A stretch of DNA of 64,000 nt from Octopus vulgaris (Eukaryota), in the NCBI GenBank assembly GCA_951406725.2, contig OX597836.1:31310001-31374000 (forward strand), read 5' to 3'. Of this stretch, positions 26,450 to 40,344 are shown in pieces (positions within the stretch are counted from its first letter, which is position 1; each line of letters begins with the position of its first letter). A program made the position numbers and the translations under genes. Below the pieces are notes generated by a model, which was not told the origin of the DNA, made no database searches, and saw only the letters and a program-made list of their open reading frames with translations.

Positions 26450-26932
26450 TTAACTGATTGGATGTGTTATCATGTACATTATTTTGTCTTGGTATAAATG
26501 ATGGGCTACAGTAAATATTCTGCTCAATACCACAGATTTGCTTGTCAGTTGCTTGACCGTAACTAGTTGAGTATGTCCCTTAGAGGCTGACGATATATGC
26601 ATCTCTGATCATAGCCATGTGTTGAGAGGAATTCTTTGGGGTTTGGATATTTCACCTTTGGAAGCATGGACGTTTTGTTGATCATCCTTAAACAACCCTT
26701 ATTCAGGGACCTTTTGAGCAGGATGGGCTACCTGACCTGAAGAAAATTCTAACTGGGCCCCACCTAGAAGGTCATGTGCTGTTTATCTTGATGAGATCAC
26801 TATGTCACACACACATAGTTGTGAAGCATGTGCCTGGTGTACCCTTATCAGACGGGTAGTTATGAGGGGTATACTGGACTTCGTATATTTTACCCCAGTG
26901 TCACTTTGATGGCATGCACTGGTCTCTCACTA

Positions 26933-26965
<33 letters not shown>
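26450..26965 (+). mobile_element. Probable non-LTR retrotransposon 3' UTR ending in (AAT)n
   Basis: GC-richer non-coding block that ends abruptly in CTCTCACTA(AAT)n. The clade cannot be assigned from the sequence. Confidence 0.4.
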
Positions 26966-26967
<2 letters not shown>

Positions 26968-28948
26968 TGATAATAAAATTAAAATAATTGTTTCACTCAA
27001 TTATAGGGCTGGAAGGATTAGAGAATAAATATTTTGATAAGCTTAAACCTATAAAATTAAATCTTCTTAAGAATTTATAACAAGGAAGTGATAGCTTTAT
27101 ATCAAACAGGCTAGATCTAATGGAATGAGTCTCAAATTACATTTAACGTTGTTGTGGTTTCACCAGGTATAAGCAATATTTCAACTATTTCAAGGAAATC
27201 TTCTAAAGATTTTTTTATCAAAGCAACAGATGGAAGAGACTCGGAAGACAACCAGTAAACAAAGTAGCCACTGCTGGAAATTTCCTGTCACCAACTCTTA
27301 TCTGGCAATATTTCCTGCCAGACATGGTTTTGCAGGACACTGGGAATGAATGACAACAACACTACTTCTATAACAGTGACAATCATTTTCAACTATTATG
27401 TGACATCAATGAGACAAACACCGACACATATTCACATTAACATACATACATATATTTGTATATGCATACATAGATGGCAAACATCTTTCAGTTTCTGTCT
27501 ACCAAATCCATTCACATGGCTCTGGTTGGTCCAGGGCTATAGCAAAAGACACTTGCCCAAGGTGCCATGCAGTGAGACAGAACCCAAAACTGTGTGTTTG
27601 GCAAGCAAACTTCTCAACTACACAACCATGCCTGCACTGATAAGAAGTGTAAAGACCCCCTTCAGTCATGAATGACCATGGGATTGCACCTAGGAAGTTC
27701 CCCTCCAAGGCACAAGTCCAGGCAAGGTTGTTTATGGAAGGCCAGAAGTAGCCCATACATACCAGCCTGTCCTCTCCACATCATTGATGTTATCCAAGGG
27801 AAAGGGAAAGGCCGATGCAGCTTCGCACCAATGATGCCACAACTCATTTCTACAGCTGAGAGAAATGGAGCAACATGAAATAAAGGGTCTTCTTCAAGAA
27901 CACATTGTAGAGTTCAGTCTGAGAATCGAACTCACCACCTCGTGATTGTGAGCCCAATGCTGTAACCACAGAGCCATGCACCTTCACAATAAATAAATAA
28001 ATAAATAACAGCAACTTTACTTCTATTTATTTATTGTTATAACAAATAAATATATTTTACTATAAGAAGTAAATAAACAGAAGAAAAGTTGCTGTCATCA
28101 TTTGAGGAGATGGAATTAAGAAATATTGTTTATTTAGTCAGGAAAGCTGAGTAAGACAGTGTGTGTGACCAATACTCTACAACATTTGCAGTTAATTATA
28201 AAAGAAACTGGGTGAACGTTGTTAAAAAATTACAACTGACTTCCAAAAGGTTATTTATCTTAAACTGGCCACATGTCAATTCCATGACCTTTAACATCCT
28301 CCCCTCTTTAAATGATGGATGTTTGACGCCTAGTTTTTTTTTTGTTTTTTTTTTGTTTTTTGGTTTACTGACTACCTGAAAGCAGAACTAATGAACTAAC
28401 CTCTAAAGTGGTTGCCCATCCTGCTAGAAATAACTGTCGAGTCTACTTCAAAATCTCACCTTACTGTCTTTGGGACATATTGAATATATGTCAGTGTGTG
28501 AATGTGTATATACATATTCACACACACACACAGTATTTTCCAGTGTATATAGGATAAGTAATGTAATGTAAACATACACACAATATCACACTCTTTCCAA
28601 ATCCTGCTGCATCTCAAATGGAATTTTTGGTCTTCCAAAACTGCTTTGGTGTATAGGTTGACCTTTTTTGTGGCTGTAAATTTTTGGTTGAAAAATTTAT
28701 CTTATATGCAGGGAAATATGGTATACACACAATATATATAAATATATATATTGTAAAAATGAAGACAAACCAAATAGTGATGTTATTCATTATTACAACT
28801 TATGTGACTTGATGCCAGTACAAACTAGCTGGTCTATATTCTACTTATGTGGATAATCGAACAACGATTTGGACTTATTTGTTATATTCTGGTACTGTGT
28901 ATCGCTTCTTAGTGCAACGAATACTAATACCCATTTTATTTCAAGCAG

Positions 28949-29107
28949 AAACGACCACTCGGAAGGCCTCCACGACGGTGGAGTTATGATTTCAGGAGGA
29001 TGATTGGGATCACATGGATGAGAAAGGCGCGATCCAAAGAGGAGTGGACAGCGTGTTGTGACCAGCGGTGTCAAATTGACGCCCGACGGACTGGTCGATC
29101 AAGGTGA
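28949..29107 (+). mobile_element. 3' end of an RTE-clade LINE ORF (5'-truncated)
   Basis: KRPLGRPPRRWSYDFRRMIGITWMRKARSKEEWTACCDQRCQIDARRTGRSR* contains the GRP..RW...W....W C-terminal signature of RTE elements. Confidence 0.75.
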
Positions 29108-29703
29108 TGCCCCCAATATTAGACTGCTTTCTATAACCAAAACACAGTGAATACTCATAAGCTTAAAGTTTATAATTATTATTTAAAGTGTGTGTGTATG
29201 TGTGTAATGCCAGCAAGTAGAAATACAACCCATGTGAAGTGTGATCAATGCATCCAGCTGAGTAAATACCTTATGACACTTGAAGTTGAGTTTCCATCTG
29301 TTTTAACAGAGAATTTAGTAATATAAATTCATGCATCTACAAGGATGACTGATTGGCAACTGACACCATCGTTGCCCTATTGATACTCCATACCGTCTTA
29401 TTGATTCGTGTCTCATACAAAATGGTTAAATAACTCCAAAGGACACGTATACTCACGAGAAAATTGATGATTGTCTATGTCAGCAAAATTTGGAAAGTTG
29501 TCAACTTAAACCCTAAGATGTTTGTTTACCCAACTAAATGTATTGAGTGCACTTCGCATTGGTCATACTACTACTTTTACTTGCAAACATACTACTACGC
29601 AGATACACACGTGTTTAATGTGTCCCAAACACAAAGAGACACATACTTAAACAGGAAGTCTAATTAATCACAAAATCACACATATGCATATAAATTAGAA
29701 AGT

Positions 29704-29713
29704 ATATATATAC

Positions 29714-29769
<56 letters not shown>
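29704..29769. repeat. (TA)n(TG)n microsatellite
   Basis: Read directly. Confidence 0.95.
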
Positions 29770-29772
<3 letters not shown>

Positions 29773-30835
29773 AAGTCTCTGTGGACCACCACTGTCAATG
29801 AAACTGCTTAGAACAAACAAACACTTAAACTAACAACGCTAGTCTTTCATAAAGCTATTAAAAAAAAAAAAATAGGGAGATAAGGAAGACTTAATTTTTT
29901 TTTTTTTTGGTCATTAGAATTATGCTTTTCTGAATGTCCATGAAATAAATTCGAACAAACTGAAACTCTAGAAGAAGTGTGACGTCAATTCAAACAGTCA
30001 TATGTGGAACATATGTATGCTGCACAGCACCCCTCAGTATAATTTTTAGTTAAGCAAGCAGAACGTCATATGACTATCCTGCCGTCTTGGTGCTATCTAA
30101 CAACATCAACCATTTCTAATTCAGAAAGAAAGCAAAGAAGCCAGGGCATACACACAGTTTGGGACTAAGGAGAGGCTGATAGATGTAAACAGAATTCAGG
30201 AATTGGAATATATTTATCACCACCACCACCACCATCGTCATCATCATCAAACAATGTCCATCTTTCATGCTGGCATAGGTTGGATGGTTTAACAAGAGCT
30301 GATGATCCAGAAGACTGCACCAAGCTCATCTGTTTGTTGGCATGGTGTCTACAGCTGGATGTCCTTCCTAATGCCAACCACTTTACAAGAGTATACTGGG
30401 TGTTTTTTTTTTATATATGGCACCAGCAAATAATTAAAACCACTAATTAACTATACAATTTCCAAATTATATATGATGACATAAAGTGTTATGAGGATGA
30501 ACAGGAAGGAGAGAAAAGCTAAGAGAATGGAGATATTTTTATTTTTGATAAAAAGTGGAAGGTGCAACATAAAGCGAAGTTTAAAAAATATTTTAAACAA
30601 GAGATCTTTTATCTTTTACTTGTTTTAGTCATTAGACTGTGGCCATGCTGGGGCACTGCCATGAAAAAATTTTAGTCAAATGAATTGACCCTGGACCTTA
30701 TTCTATCGGTCTCTTTTGCCAAGCTGCTATGTTACAGGAACATACAGACTGGTGTATATATAGTTAATCCAAACAAGAAAACACAGAAAAAAAACACAGC
30801 AACGCGAGGACGTGGAACAATTAAAGTATTATTTG

Positions 30836-30892
<57 letters not shown>

Positions 30893-33800
30893 GGCTTCTT
30901 TCAGTTTCCATCTATCAAATCCACTTGCAAGGCTTTTGTCAGCTATATTCGAAGACACTTGCCCAAGGTGTCACCTTCACACAGTGGAACTAAACCCAGA
31001 ACCACATGGTTAAAAGTCAGTGAAGAAATTTTTTTTCTTTTTTGACAGTAAATTTTAAAGTTAATGTCAAGCAAAATAGTGTATTTTTTTCTTTTTCATT
31101 TTCCTTTCATATCCATGTTTGGAGGGGAAACTAGCAATAACTGTATGGTGGTTGTTGACACAGAAGGGATGAACCTGCTACTCTGGTATAACTACAAACA
31201 TAGAAACTCTTGGCTATTTCTGTACAAAACATCGCTTCAACCTGCCTTAATCTTTGTTTCAGAGTACGTGTGTATTATTAGATTTGAAAGCAAATTACGA
31301 CCAGATGATATCATGATACAACAGCCAGAACAGAATTATAAAAATATTTTACTATCTTTGGTGGATGAGCAGTGCTTACCTAGCACACCCAGAATACACA
31401 CATCAAAATTCTAGTTATTATAATCAGGGTAACTATAGGGAGCATAAGGAGAGACGACAGGCATCAACACCATTAATATTAAAACTATAAATATCGTGCC
31501 CACTTGCTACAATTTTAGACATCAAGGGCTGTTAGTAGTTAGAAATAGTAACTGAATCTCCTTCAAATTATACCTTACCATCTTAAAGAAAAAAAGAAAA
31601 ACCCCTCTAAAACAACTGATGTAAGTGAATACACTGTGTGAATAAACAAATAATGTGGTGGTCATATCTGGAATGACTTTGATCATGTGTCTATTGAATA
31701 TGGATTTAAAGCCAGAATATAAAGGAGACAGAGATTGAGAATTATCAACTGTCTCGGGCCAATGTAAGATCAAACGAAAAAAGCAATAATTCTAATTAAT
31801 GGTTTCAAATTTTCGCACAGGGCCAGCAGTTTTTTGAGGGGAGCGGGGGAACTGATTAACTGATACTTATTTTATCAACCCTGAAAGGATGAAAGGTAAA
31901 AGTGACCTCGGTGGAGTTTGAATTCCAAAACATAAAGATGGACGAAGTACCACTAAGCATTTTGTCTAGCATGTGGCTGGTTCTGCCAGTTTGCTGCCCT
32001 AATAATTCTAATTAATAACATGAATCGTTAACTATTTATTACCAAACCACATTAATTATTCTTCTATATTTTTTCCAGATGTAAAACAACCAGTTTCAAG
32101 CCACAGCTCTCTCTCTCTCTCGGTGCGATTTTGAATTAACAGAACATGTAAATGCCAAGTGAAAGACGCAAATATCACAACTCACCCCCTTTTACAAATG
32201 AATGACACAAATATATCACATCTGGCTCACACATGCTGCAACCACCTTAGAAGTTCCACAACAATCGAAGATATCCAAATATCAAACTAATGAGAAAATC
32301 AGGAAGGCAAAGAGGACAAAACATAATTAGGGGCACAGTCAGATGGTTACAAATTTGTGTGTGTGTGTGTGGGGGAGATATAATTGATTCAGTTGACACA
32401 ACCCTTCCCAGTACTTTAATTTACTGACCCTCAGGAAGAGGAAAGACAAAATCACTCTTGATTATGAAACAATGCAGTGCTTTTAGTCCAACACTCTACC
32501 AATTCTACATTATAAAACCATTAAGACTTGTATCTATTTGAAAGGTTGTGGTGGTAGGAGATAAATTCCATATTGCAGTATTAGTCAAAACACACACACA
32601 CATGTTATATATCATCTTTTACCTGCTTCAATTATTAGACAGCAGCCATTCTGGGGCACTGCCTTGAAGGGTTTTTTGTTCAATAAATTGACCCCAGTGC
32701 TTATTTTTTTATTCTAACTATCTCTTTTGCCAAACCACTAAGTTACAAGGACATAAACATATCAACACTGGTTTGTCAAGCAGTGGGTGAGAGGCACACA
32801 CAATAACTTACACACACACACGTATATATATGTATGTCCATATGCATTGTGGACAGTGGAGATACAATGGCTCAGTGGTTATGGCAGCGAACTTGCGGTT
32901 GTGGGATCATGGTTTTGATCTCCAGACTGGGTGTTGTGATTGTTTATTGAGCAAAAACACTTAAAGCTCCACAAAGCTACGGCAGGGGGTGGTAGTGAAC
33001 CCTCCTGTACTCTTTCACCACAACTTTCTCTCACTCTTTGTTTCTGTTGTACTGGTATTTCAAAGGGCCAGCCTTGTCATACACTGTGTCATGCTGAATC
33101 TCCCCGAAAACTATGTTATGGGTACACGTGTCTGTGGAGTGCTCAGCCACTTGCACGTTAATTTCATGAGCAGGCCATTCTGTTGATCGGATCAACTGGA
33201 ACCTTCGTCGTCGTAACCGACCGAGTGCCACGACACTGTGGACTTCTTTCAGTTTCTGTTTACCAAATCCATTCACAAGACCTGAGTTTGTGCAAGGTGC
33301 CATGCAGTGGAACTGAACCCAAAACCACATGGTTGGGAAACAAGCTTCTCAATTACAGCCATGCCTTGCCTGTGCCTGTCTATTTAAAACAAACTTAATA
33401 AAAATGTAAAGGAACATCACCTTTAGATATATTCATTTTGAACCTTGGAAATAACTTTGAATTGTGGAACATTAACATCTAGAAAAAAATCACTTCATTT
33501 TCAATTTCATGGACTTGAAATCTTGTTTTAGGTCAGAGTCTCATCATAACTCATAATAGATATGATGTAATGGATGTATCATATGTCTCAATTTCTTGGA
33601 ATGTTTGGAGCTTGTGTAATTAAACTCTTTAATCATTTTGATACCAAACCACCCAAAATTGCCCATAGTCTTTTATGAGAACTTTGTATTATAATTGTGT
33701 TGGGATGGGTGAGTGACTGAGTGCATGTACTGTAATAAATTAACCCTTTTGGTACTAACCCACTACAGAGATCACCCTTGGTTCTATAATACAAACTTCA

Positions 33801-35163
33801 GCTTAATAATCAGCTTATAACTTCATTATAAGCTGAAAAATTTATTAAAATAACTTCATTATTTTAATAAATTCTTCAGCTTATAATGAAGTTATAGTAA
33901 TAAATTTTCCTTTATTTTCAAAATTAATTGAAACAAGAGCAGTGTATTTCAATAAAAATATGGTGACAAACAAATATACTACTGGTATTTAGTTTATCTA
34001 CTAAGGAACCAAGGAGGAGAAGTTATAAGCAAAGATGTTCGGTGAGATTTGAAATTGGAAAAGAGAGAGAGAACACTGACACTTTAATGTCCGTTAACAA
34101 GTTACAGTTCTCCAAATATAGGTTTATTGTTTTAGTACAAGGACATATTCGTAGTGGAGGGAGTAGCAGTACTCACAGTAATGATTGTTTTTTTTTGTGG
34201 CATGAAGTTGCACATTTGGGGGGGGGGGGTGTAATTGTCTGAATCGGTCCTAACACATGACTAGTAGCTATTTTAGAAAAATAGAAAATGAATTTAACTC
34301 AGGCAACATTCGAACACCAAACAAAATAGACAAACAAGCCTCAGCCAATGGAAGTAGATTTTACATAGTCACTTAAGTGACAAGAAATAGCAACCAAATC
34401 TCCCTTAAATTACAGCTTAGCTTCTTAAAAAAGTAAAAAAAAAAAATATTGTAGTGCTGTGCGTACATTATGTCTAAGACAAAAAAAAAATTACAGGATG
34501 TCAGTTACAGATAGAATGCCTTTGATTATAGGTCTACACAACGAGATCCAAATTGGGGTTAAACAGTAACAACAAATTACAGTATAAATTGAGTGAATTA
34601 CAAATATATCATAATTATCAAACAAGGAACTAGAAAACTAGCAAAGTGGTGGTATAGTTCTTATGGCTTAACCAGAAGTAGGACAACACCTATGACACTT
34701 TTTATAGGGCTTAGCGCTGAGAAGTAAGACTGAGTAAGAACTATAATGATTTCTATACAAACATAAAACCAGAAATATCTTGGGTGAGGATTGGCAATAA
34801 ATTGTTTTATAGATTCTGGAAGGATGAAAATCAATCCACCAACTCCTGAGAAGATCTGAACTTAAAATGTAAAGGGTTTTAATTAAATACTACAAGACAC
34901 TTTGTATGTAGCTCTACCAATTTTACTGATTCACCACCACCTCTTAGATTAACCCTTTAATGTTCAGGTTAGTCTGTCTAATGCAATATTTATGTATACA
35001 CTTTGTTTTTTTTAATTAATCATACATTGTCTTGTAGCTTTGAGATTTCAACAATGTGATTGTTAATTTTTAGGAAGAGATTGTAGGTAGGTGTGAGAAG
35101 CTGGACCTGGCTTGTTGGACCATAGAAGAAATAGAATATTTGGGCTGGATATGGCTAGTTTAA

Positions 35164-35384
35164 CCCTTTCATTACCAACCCGGCTGAAACTGGCTCTGTC
35201 TCTGAGTACAAATGTCTTGTTTTCATAAGTTTTGAATTAAAATCTTCCACCAAACCTTAGTCACAATTTATGTTCCTAACACTAGCTGAATGGATAACTA
35301 AGTTATTTTACTAAATTCTTTGTTATATTTAAAGTAATGGAAAGAAACACAGAGCATCTGAAAATAAGTACAGTAACGAAAGGG
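35164..35384. mobile_element. P2 MITE nested in a P1 MITE
   Basis: TTAA duplicated at 35160-35163 and 35385-35388, inside the P1 subterminal GTTTAAATGCTAAAG. Confidence 0.85.
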
Positions 35385-35514
35385 TTAAATGCTAAAGAGT
35401 GAAAGGTTAGTTTCAAGAGAGGACGACAAGGAAATATGACTAGAAGCAACTGGATGACAAACAATGAAGAAAACAGATGACGGATAAGTGATGAATAGCA
35501 CAAAATATACTCAC

Positions 35515-35677
35515 TCGTAACAGTTTCTGGTTCAATTTTAGAAAAACTAGAAGCAATCGCAAACGCACCCATTCTCTTGATAATGTAACTCTTTAGTTTA
35601 TGACGCAGGCAGGATTTTTTCTCCTTGTAACTGGACAATGAAGCACCCATTGCAGAGAAGATGTGCTGCAGTGTCAT
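35515..35677 (-). CDS. Candidate (alternative) first coding exon of the cytohesin-like gene
   Basis: Open frame MTLQHIFSAMGASLSSYKEKKSCLRHKLKSYIIKRMGAFAIASSFSKIEPETVT plus 1 nt, then a consensus donor GTGAGT (35514-35509). The phase-1 end matches the phase-1 acceptor at 12144. The ATG at 35650 has a good context (gcaATGG). The sequence is non-repetitive. Confidence 0.45.
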
Positions 35678-37579
35678 TGAAATAAAACAGAGCTGAACAA
35701 TCTTGTCGCAATCAGATCAGGCTGACTGCTCTGCAGATAATGAAATCTTTATAGGAGATCAATGCAGAGAGCAACAAGACAGGGATAATAAAATACCTTT
35801 GCACTATCAATGTGTTACTATCATAATTTCATCTTCCAATCAAAACAAGATGAACAAAACAACAAATCTCAGTAACACTCAATACACTAATCCCATCTAT
35901 ATCAGAAAGATATAATTATTTAATCTGCAGGACAATTGACTGCAGCTATAAATCCCTACTAATTAAACCCTTTATTGGGCTATTTAACTTTAAAGCTGAG
36001 TGGAAGAGAATTTGATTAAAAAGTATTTTCTTTTAAAGTCCATTCTTTGTCCTCTGATACGGAAGTTATTTTAGTGTCTATGTAAATCTATATTGGCGAC
36101 ATCAAAAAGAATGGATTAAGGAGCTTAATGGATTGTTTTTTTGTTTTGCTTTTTCAAAAATTCTGTTTTTGTTGCATTTATGCAAGGTATGCCATAGCAG
36201 CAGTACTGTTGTTTGTTGATGCTGAAGGTGGTGGCAGTGATGTTTAATCACTGCAACTGTAAATCTGCTAAAATTATTCCTTAAGACGCAGAACAATGAC
36301 AAATCAATCCACTAATTCTGTCAATCACTTCCGCCTTGAAAGCAACAACAACAAAAAAAAGTGATTACAAACCTATAATCTTGAGATTAAAACAAAACGA
36401 AAATCCCAATGCAACTGTGACAAAAAAAAAAAACCCCAAAAAAACATATGAATTTGAAAAATTGATACCATTAAATATGTAAAACAATTCAGCTAATAGC
36501 AAAAACTCCAGAGGTATAAAGTCCTTGGTGGGGAGATGAAATATTATATATAAACAACAATCACAAAATATGTCTAACAAAGGACAGACGAAACAAAACA
36601 TTAAAAAAATAATCTGTAAAATTGCTTCTGACATGGACATACCAGGAGAGATAATCAGTTTTAAAACTTTGCATTTTGATTTGCCATAGTTTAACCCTTT
36701 TAATACCCATCTGTCCAAAACTGACTCTCCACCCTCCACCACCACACTTCAAGTTTTAACACTTTAGCATTCAGATTATTCTATCAAAACAACTAAATTA
36801 CTTCCATAAATTTTTTATTATTTTCAAAATTACTTTAAACAAAGGTAGTGTATTTCAACAGAAATATGGTAACAAAAAGAGTTAAGGTAATGATTAGCAT
36901 CCCCTGATTCATTAAAGACGCTAAATTAATAACGCAGTGTCATCTTTACGACGGGAAGTAGCTTATAAAACATTCTCATAAACAGTTGTTTGGTTGTTTC
37001 ATTTTTACAAACTTCATTTGTTTCCACAAACCTTAGTCATTTTGCAAAGCCCCATTCATCGTTTTTACAAACGCTCTTCAATGTTTTCACAACCCCGACC
37101 CTTCCAACTATCATTTCACAAACTTCCTTATTTCCACCCCGCTCCTCATTATTTAACCTTGAAAAACCTTCTCTGCATGATATCCTTCTGAAATAACAGT
37201 GATAACTCAAACAAGCAAAGCAGTGTCTAATACACACATAAGCAACCCTTTTTGTGAAGCAAGCCATGAAACATGGCAAAACATCAGGCAGGATGCACTA
37301 TTAAAAAAAAATTCAAGGTAATTTTTCCCTAGGCATGCCATTCAGAAAGTCCTGTGGGATGCAGCTTGCCCATGACTAATCTATGAAATCACACAACTTA
37401 GATACAGCAGCCAAACTACCCTCAAATCACAGCTCCACCAACTTAAAGATGGCAACACTGTATATGAATTGGTGAAATTTGAATACAGGATAGTTATTGA
37501 AAGAATACCTTTAATCATAGATTTGGCTGATTAGGACTGAACTGGGGCTAAACAATAAGAAAAGAAAATAATAAAAAAA

Positions 37580-37912
37580 ACGCAGCACTCAGAGAGCGCA
37601 AACCTCTGTCAAGGCAACACCAACATCCTCTCAGCGATTAACTGGAGATGATTTTTAAAATGAGAACATCTGAAATAAACTTGACTGCTCTCACAAATGA
37701 GAATACTAAAAATGAACTAAAAATTAAGTAAAAAAAAAACCGGAAAAATAATTCAGAATCCTTGACTGGTACTGGATTGATCCCAAAATCTAATCTGTTC
37801 ATGCCAGTCACGAAGCCAAACATCCCTGAAAGTTTCATTCAAATCGATCCAGCAGTTCTTGAGATATCTTGTCCACGGACAAACAAACACACCTGAAAAC
37901 AGGCAGAGGTAA
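37580..37912 (+). mobile_element. Helentron-associated (HINE/DINE-1-like) element
   Basis: Subterminal inverted pair ACCTCTGTC..(37600) / GGCAGAGGT (37902), a (CAAA)n tract near the 3' end and a typical AAAGTTTCATTCAAATCGATCC..TCTTGAGATAT body. Confidence 0.55.
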
Positions 37913-38201
37913 CAAGTGAAAGCTTTGTGCCTTTCAAATGTTAAAGAACATTTCTTCAGAATTGTTGCTAAAGATTACTGGAGTTCCAGCTTTCAGGTGC
38001 ATGGCACCTTGAGCAAGTACTTCTCTTCTATTATAGCTCTGGACCAACCAATGCCTTGTAAGTGAATTTGGAAGAGAGAAACCCACCCACTGTGTGTCTG
38101 CGCATGTATATGTGAGTATATTTTGTCCCCTGCTTGACAAATAGTGTTTGCATATGAATCTTAGTAGTTTGACTAAAAGATTGTTAAAGTACCAGATTTA
38201 A

Positions 38202-38423
38202 CCCTTTTGATACCAACCCGGCCAAAACCACCTCTGGCTCTGTAGTACAAATGTCTTGTTTTCATAAGTATTGAATTAAAATCTTCCACCAAACCTTAGT
38301 CACAATTTATGTTCCCAACACTAGCTTAACGATAACTAAGTTCTTTTACTAAATTCTTTGTTATACTTAAAATTAATTGAATGAAACACAGAGCAAATCA
38401 AAATAAATACGGTAACGAAAGGG
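38202..38423. mobile_element. P2 MITE inserted in a degraded S2 SINE
   Basis: TTAA TSD at 38198-38201 and 38424-38427, with CCCTTT/AAAGGG ends. Confidence 0.85.
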
Positions 38424-39014
38424 TTAAAATAAGATATGTACTGGGATTGATTTGTCTGGCCACAGTCCAATGACTGAAACAATATATAAATGATATACTA
38501 TGCCTGAATATCTAAAATGCTTTGATCGTAGATCCAAGGGAGACTGGAGCTGACCAAGGGCTAAACAAAGCAACATAATGAATTTCAAGTGAAGTTAAAA
38601 GAATAAGAACAGTTGCTTAGTCTCACATGAACCTGATTCAATAGATCTATACAAAGGCATTCCACCCATGACCATCCCATCTTTTTAAATGACATTTAGA
38701 ACTACAACAGCTATGTGTTTCCATTTTATAAAAAGGTGGGGTATGATTTAAGTAAGATCTGGTTGCTATCTCTAGCAAGTTGATGACTACATAAAGGATT
38801 TTCTCAGTGACATTTTGAGAACTTGACATATAACTCAATCATATATTGTGAAGAGTCTGTACAAGTGTGGTACCATTTGGCTCCTGGTTCCTTACATGTC
38901 AATATGTAAGTGTGTGTATGATGGTGATGGGGTATATCGCCTCTCTGGACCAACATACTTATGTCTACACTTGCGTAATTTATTCCTACCATAATTAAAT
39001 ATTACATTATTACC

Positions 39015-39247
39015 TATTTCTTTACTACCCACAAGGGGCTAAACACAGAGAGGACAAACAAGGACAGACAAACAGATTAAGTCGATTACATCGACCCCAG
39101 TGCGTAACTGGTACTTAATTTATCAACCCCGAAAGGATGAAAGGCAAAGTCGACCTCGGTGGAATTTGAACTCAGAACGTAGTGACAGACGAAATACCAC
39201 TAAGCATTTTGCCCGCGTGCTAACGTTTCTACCAGCTCGCCACCTTT
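39015..39247 (-). mobile_element. SINE S1 solo copy
   Basis: Near-identical to 4331-4564. TSD TTACATTATTACC at 39002-39014 and 39248-39260. Further copies at ~42587-42820 (+), ~61756-61965 (+) and ~10430-10610 (-). Confidence 0.9.
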
Positions 39248-40344
39248 TTACATTATTACCATTGTTAATATTATGATAAAGCTGTCTAGTGTAAGTTCAA
39301 GAGTGGTAGTGTTGTGGCTGGGTCAGTCTGTGTGGAGTGATGTTGCATGGAGCAATAGAAGACAGTTGCGTGTGCGTGTGTGTAAGAGAGAGAGAGAGAG
39401 AGAAATATGAAGAGACATTTTAGGAGAAATACAAGAGGACTATGACCAAAGTCTCATCACCAATGGCTTACTAGACAATGATACACAGACACTGACAAGG
39501 CTGAGGAGGGGAAGGAGAAAATGAACAAATTATAGTCAATCCATGTACCATATTCACTACACAATCTGACAGTTTTTTAAAGACAGATTATCAACAACTG
39601 TCATAGGAATGATTGAAGTAATGTCTAACAGTTGAATTGGAGGAGACTAGTAATGGTCTGTGTCAGCAAATGGAGTGCTGACAGCTCATAAAGGGAAATA
39701 AAAGTTGTTTTGCAGTAAGAAAGAAGATAGGGTTGATATTTCAAGCAGAGCCCTTTGTCAGAGGAGTGACAGAGGGTCCTGTCCAAAACATCAGAACTCT
39801 CTTCTTTCTCTGGGAAAATCAAATAATTCCATTTTTTTAGACTGTTTGTGATAAAAACAACTTAGAATTGGTACCATTGTATTTTACAAAAATCCATAAA
39901 TAGTGTGGAGTGTGAGAGAGACATTTCAAATTTCTCTATATGATTACTCAACTTGCAAGAAATAGTACCTAAACTTCTCTCAGATCACACCTTATCTAAA
40001 AGAAAGAAAGGAAGAACCATTAGACCAGTGATTCTCAACTGGGTTCCTTATAAGATTTTGCTAAAAATTATCTGTAATATATTGATTATATTTCAATACA
40101 AAAAAATATAATTTTGTTTTATACAATTCCAAAAAATAATATTTAATTATGAAAGAAATCAAATGGTTATGAGGGTTCACCAGAGTAAAACAAGAATCAA
40201 AGGGGAAAAAATGGCCGAGACAACATTATCATAGCTCAGATACAAGACTGAGATTAGCCTGGGGTTAAATAAGAAACAAACTATAACCATTTATACTAAC
40301 TTCAAAACTATGCATCAGATAATTAGTCAGTCTCTGGACACACT

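Noticed and set aside
29446-29503. Possible phase-1 micro-exon ending at a GTGAGT donor (VDNFPNFADIDNHQFS)
   Set aside because: No polypyrimidine tract, a weak AAG acceptor, an in-frame stop just upstream and no ATG.
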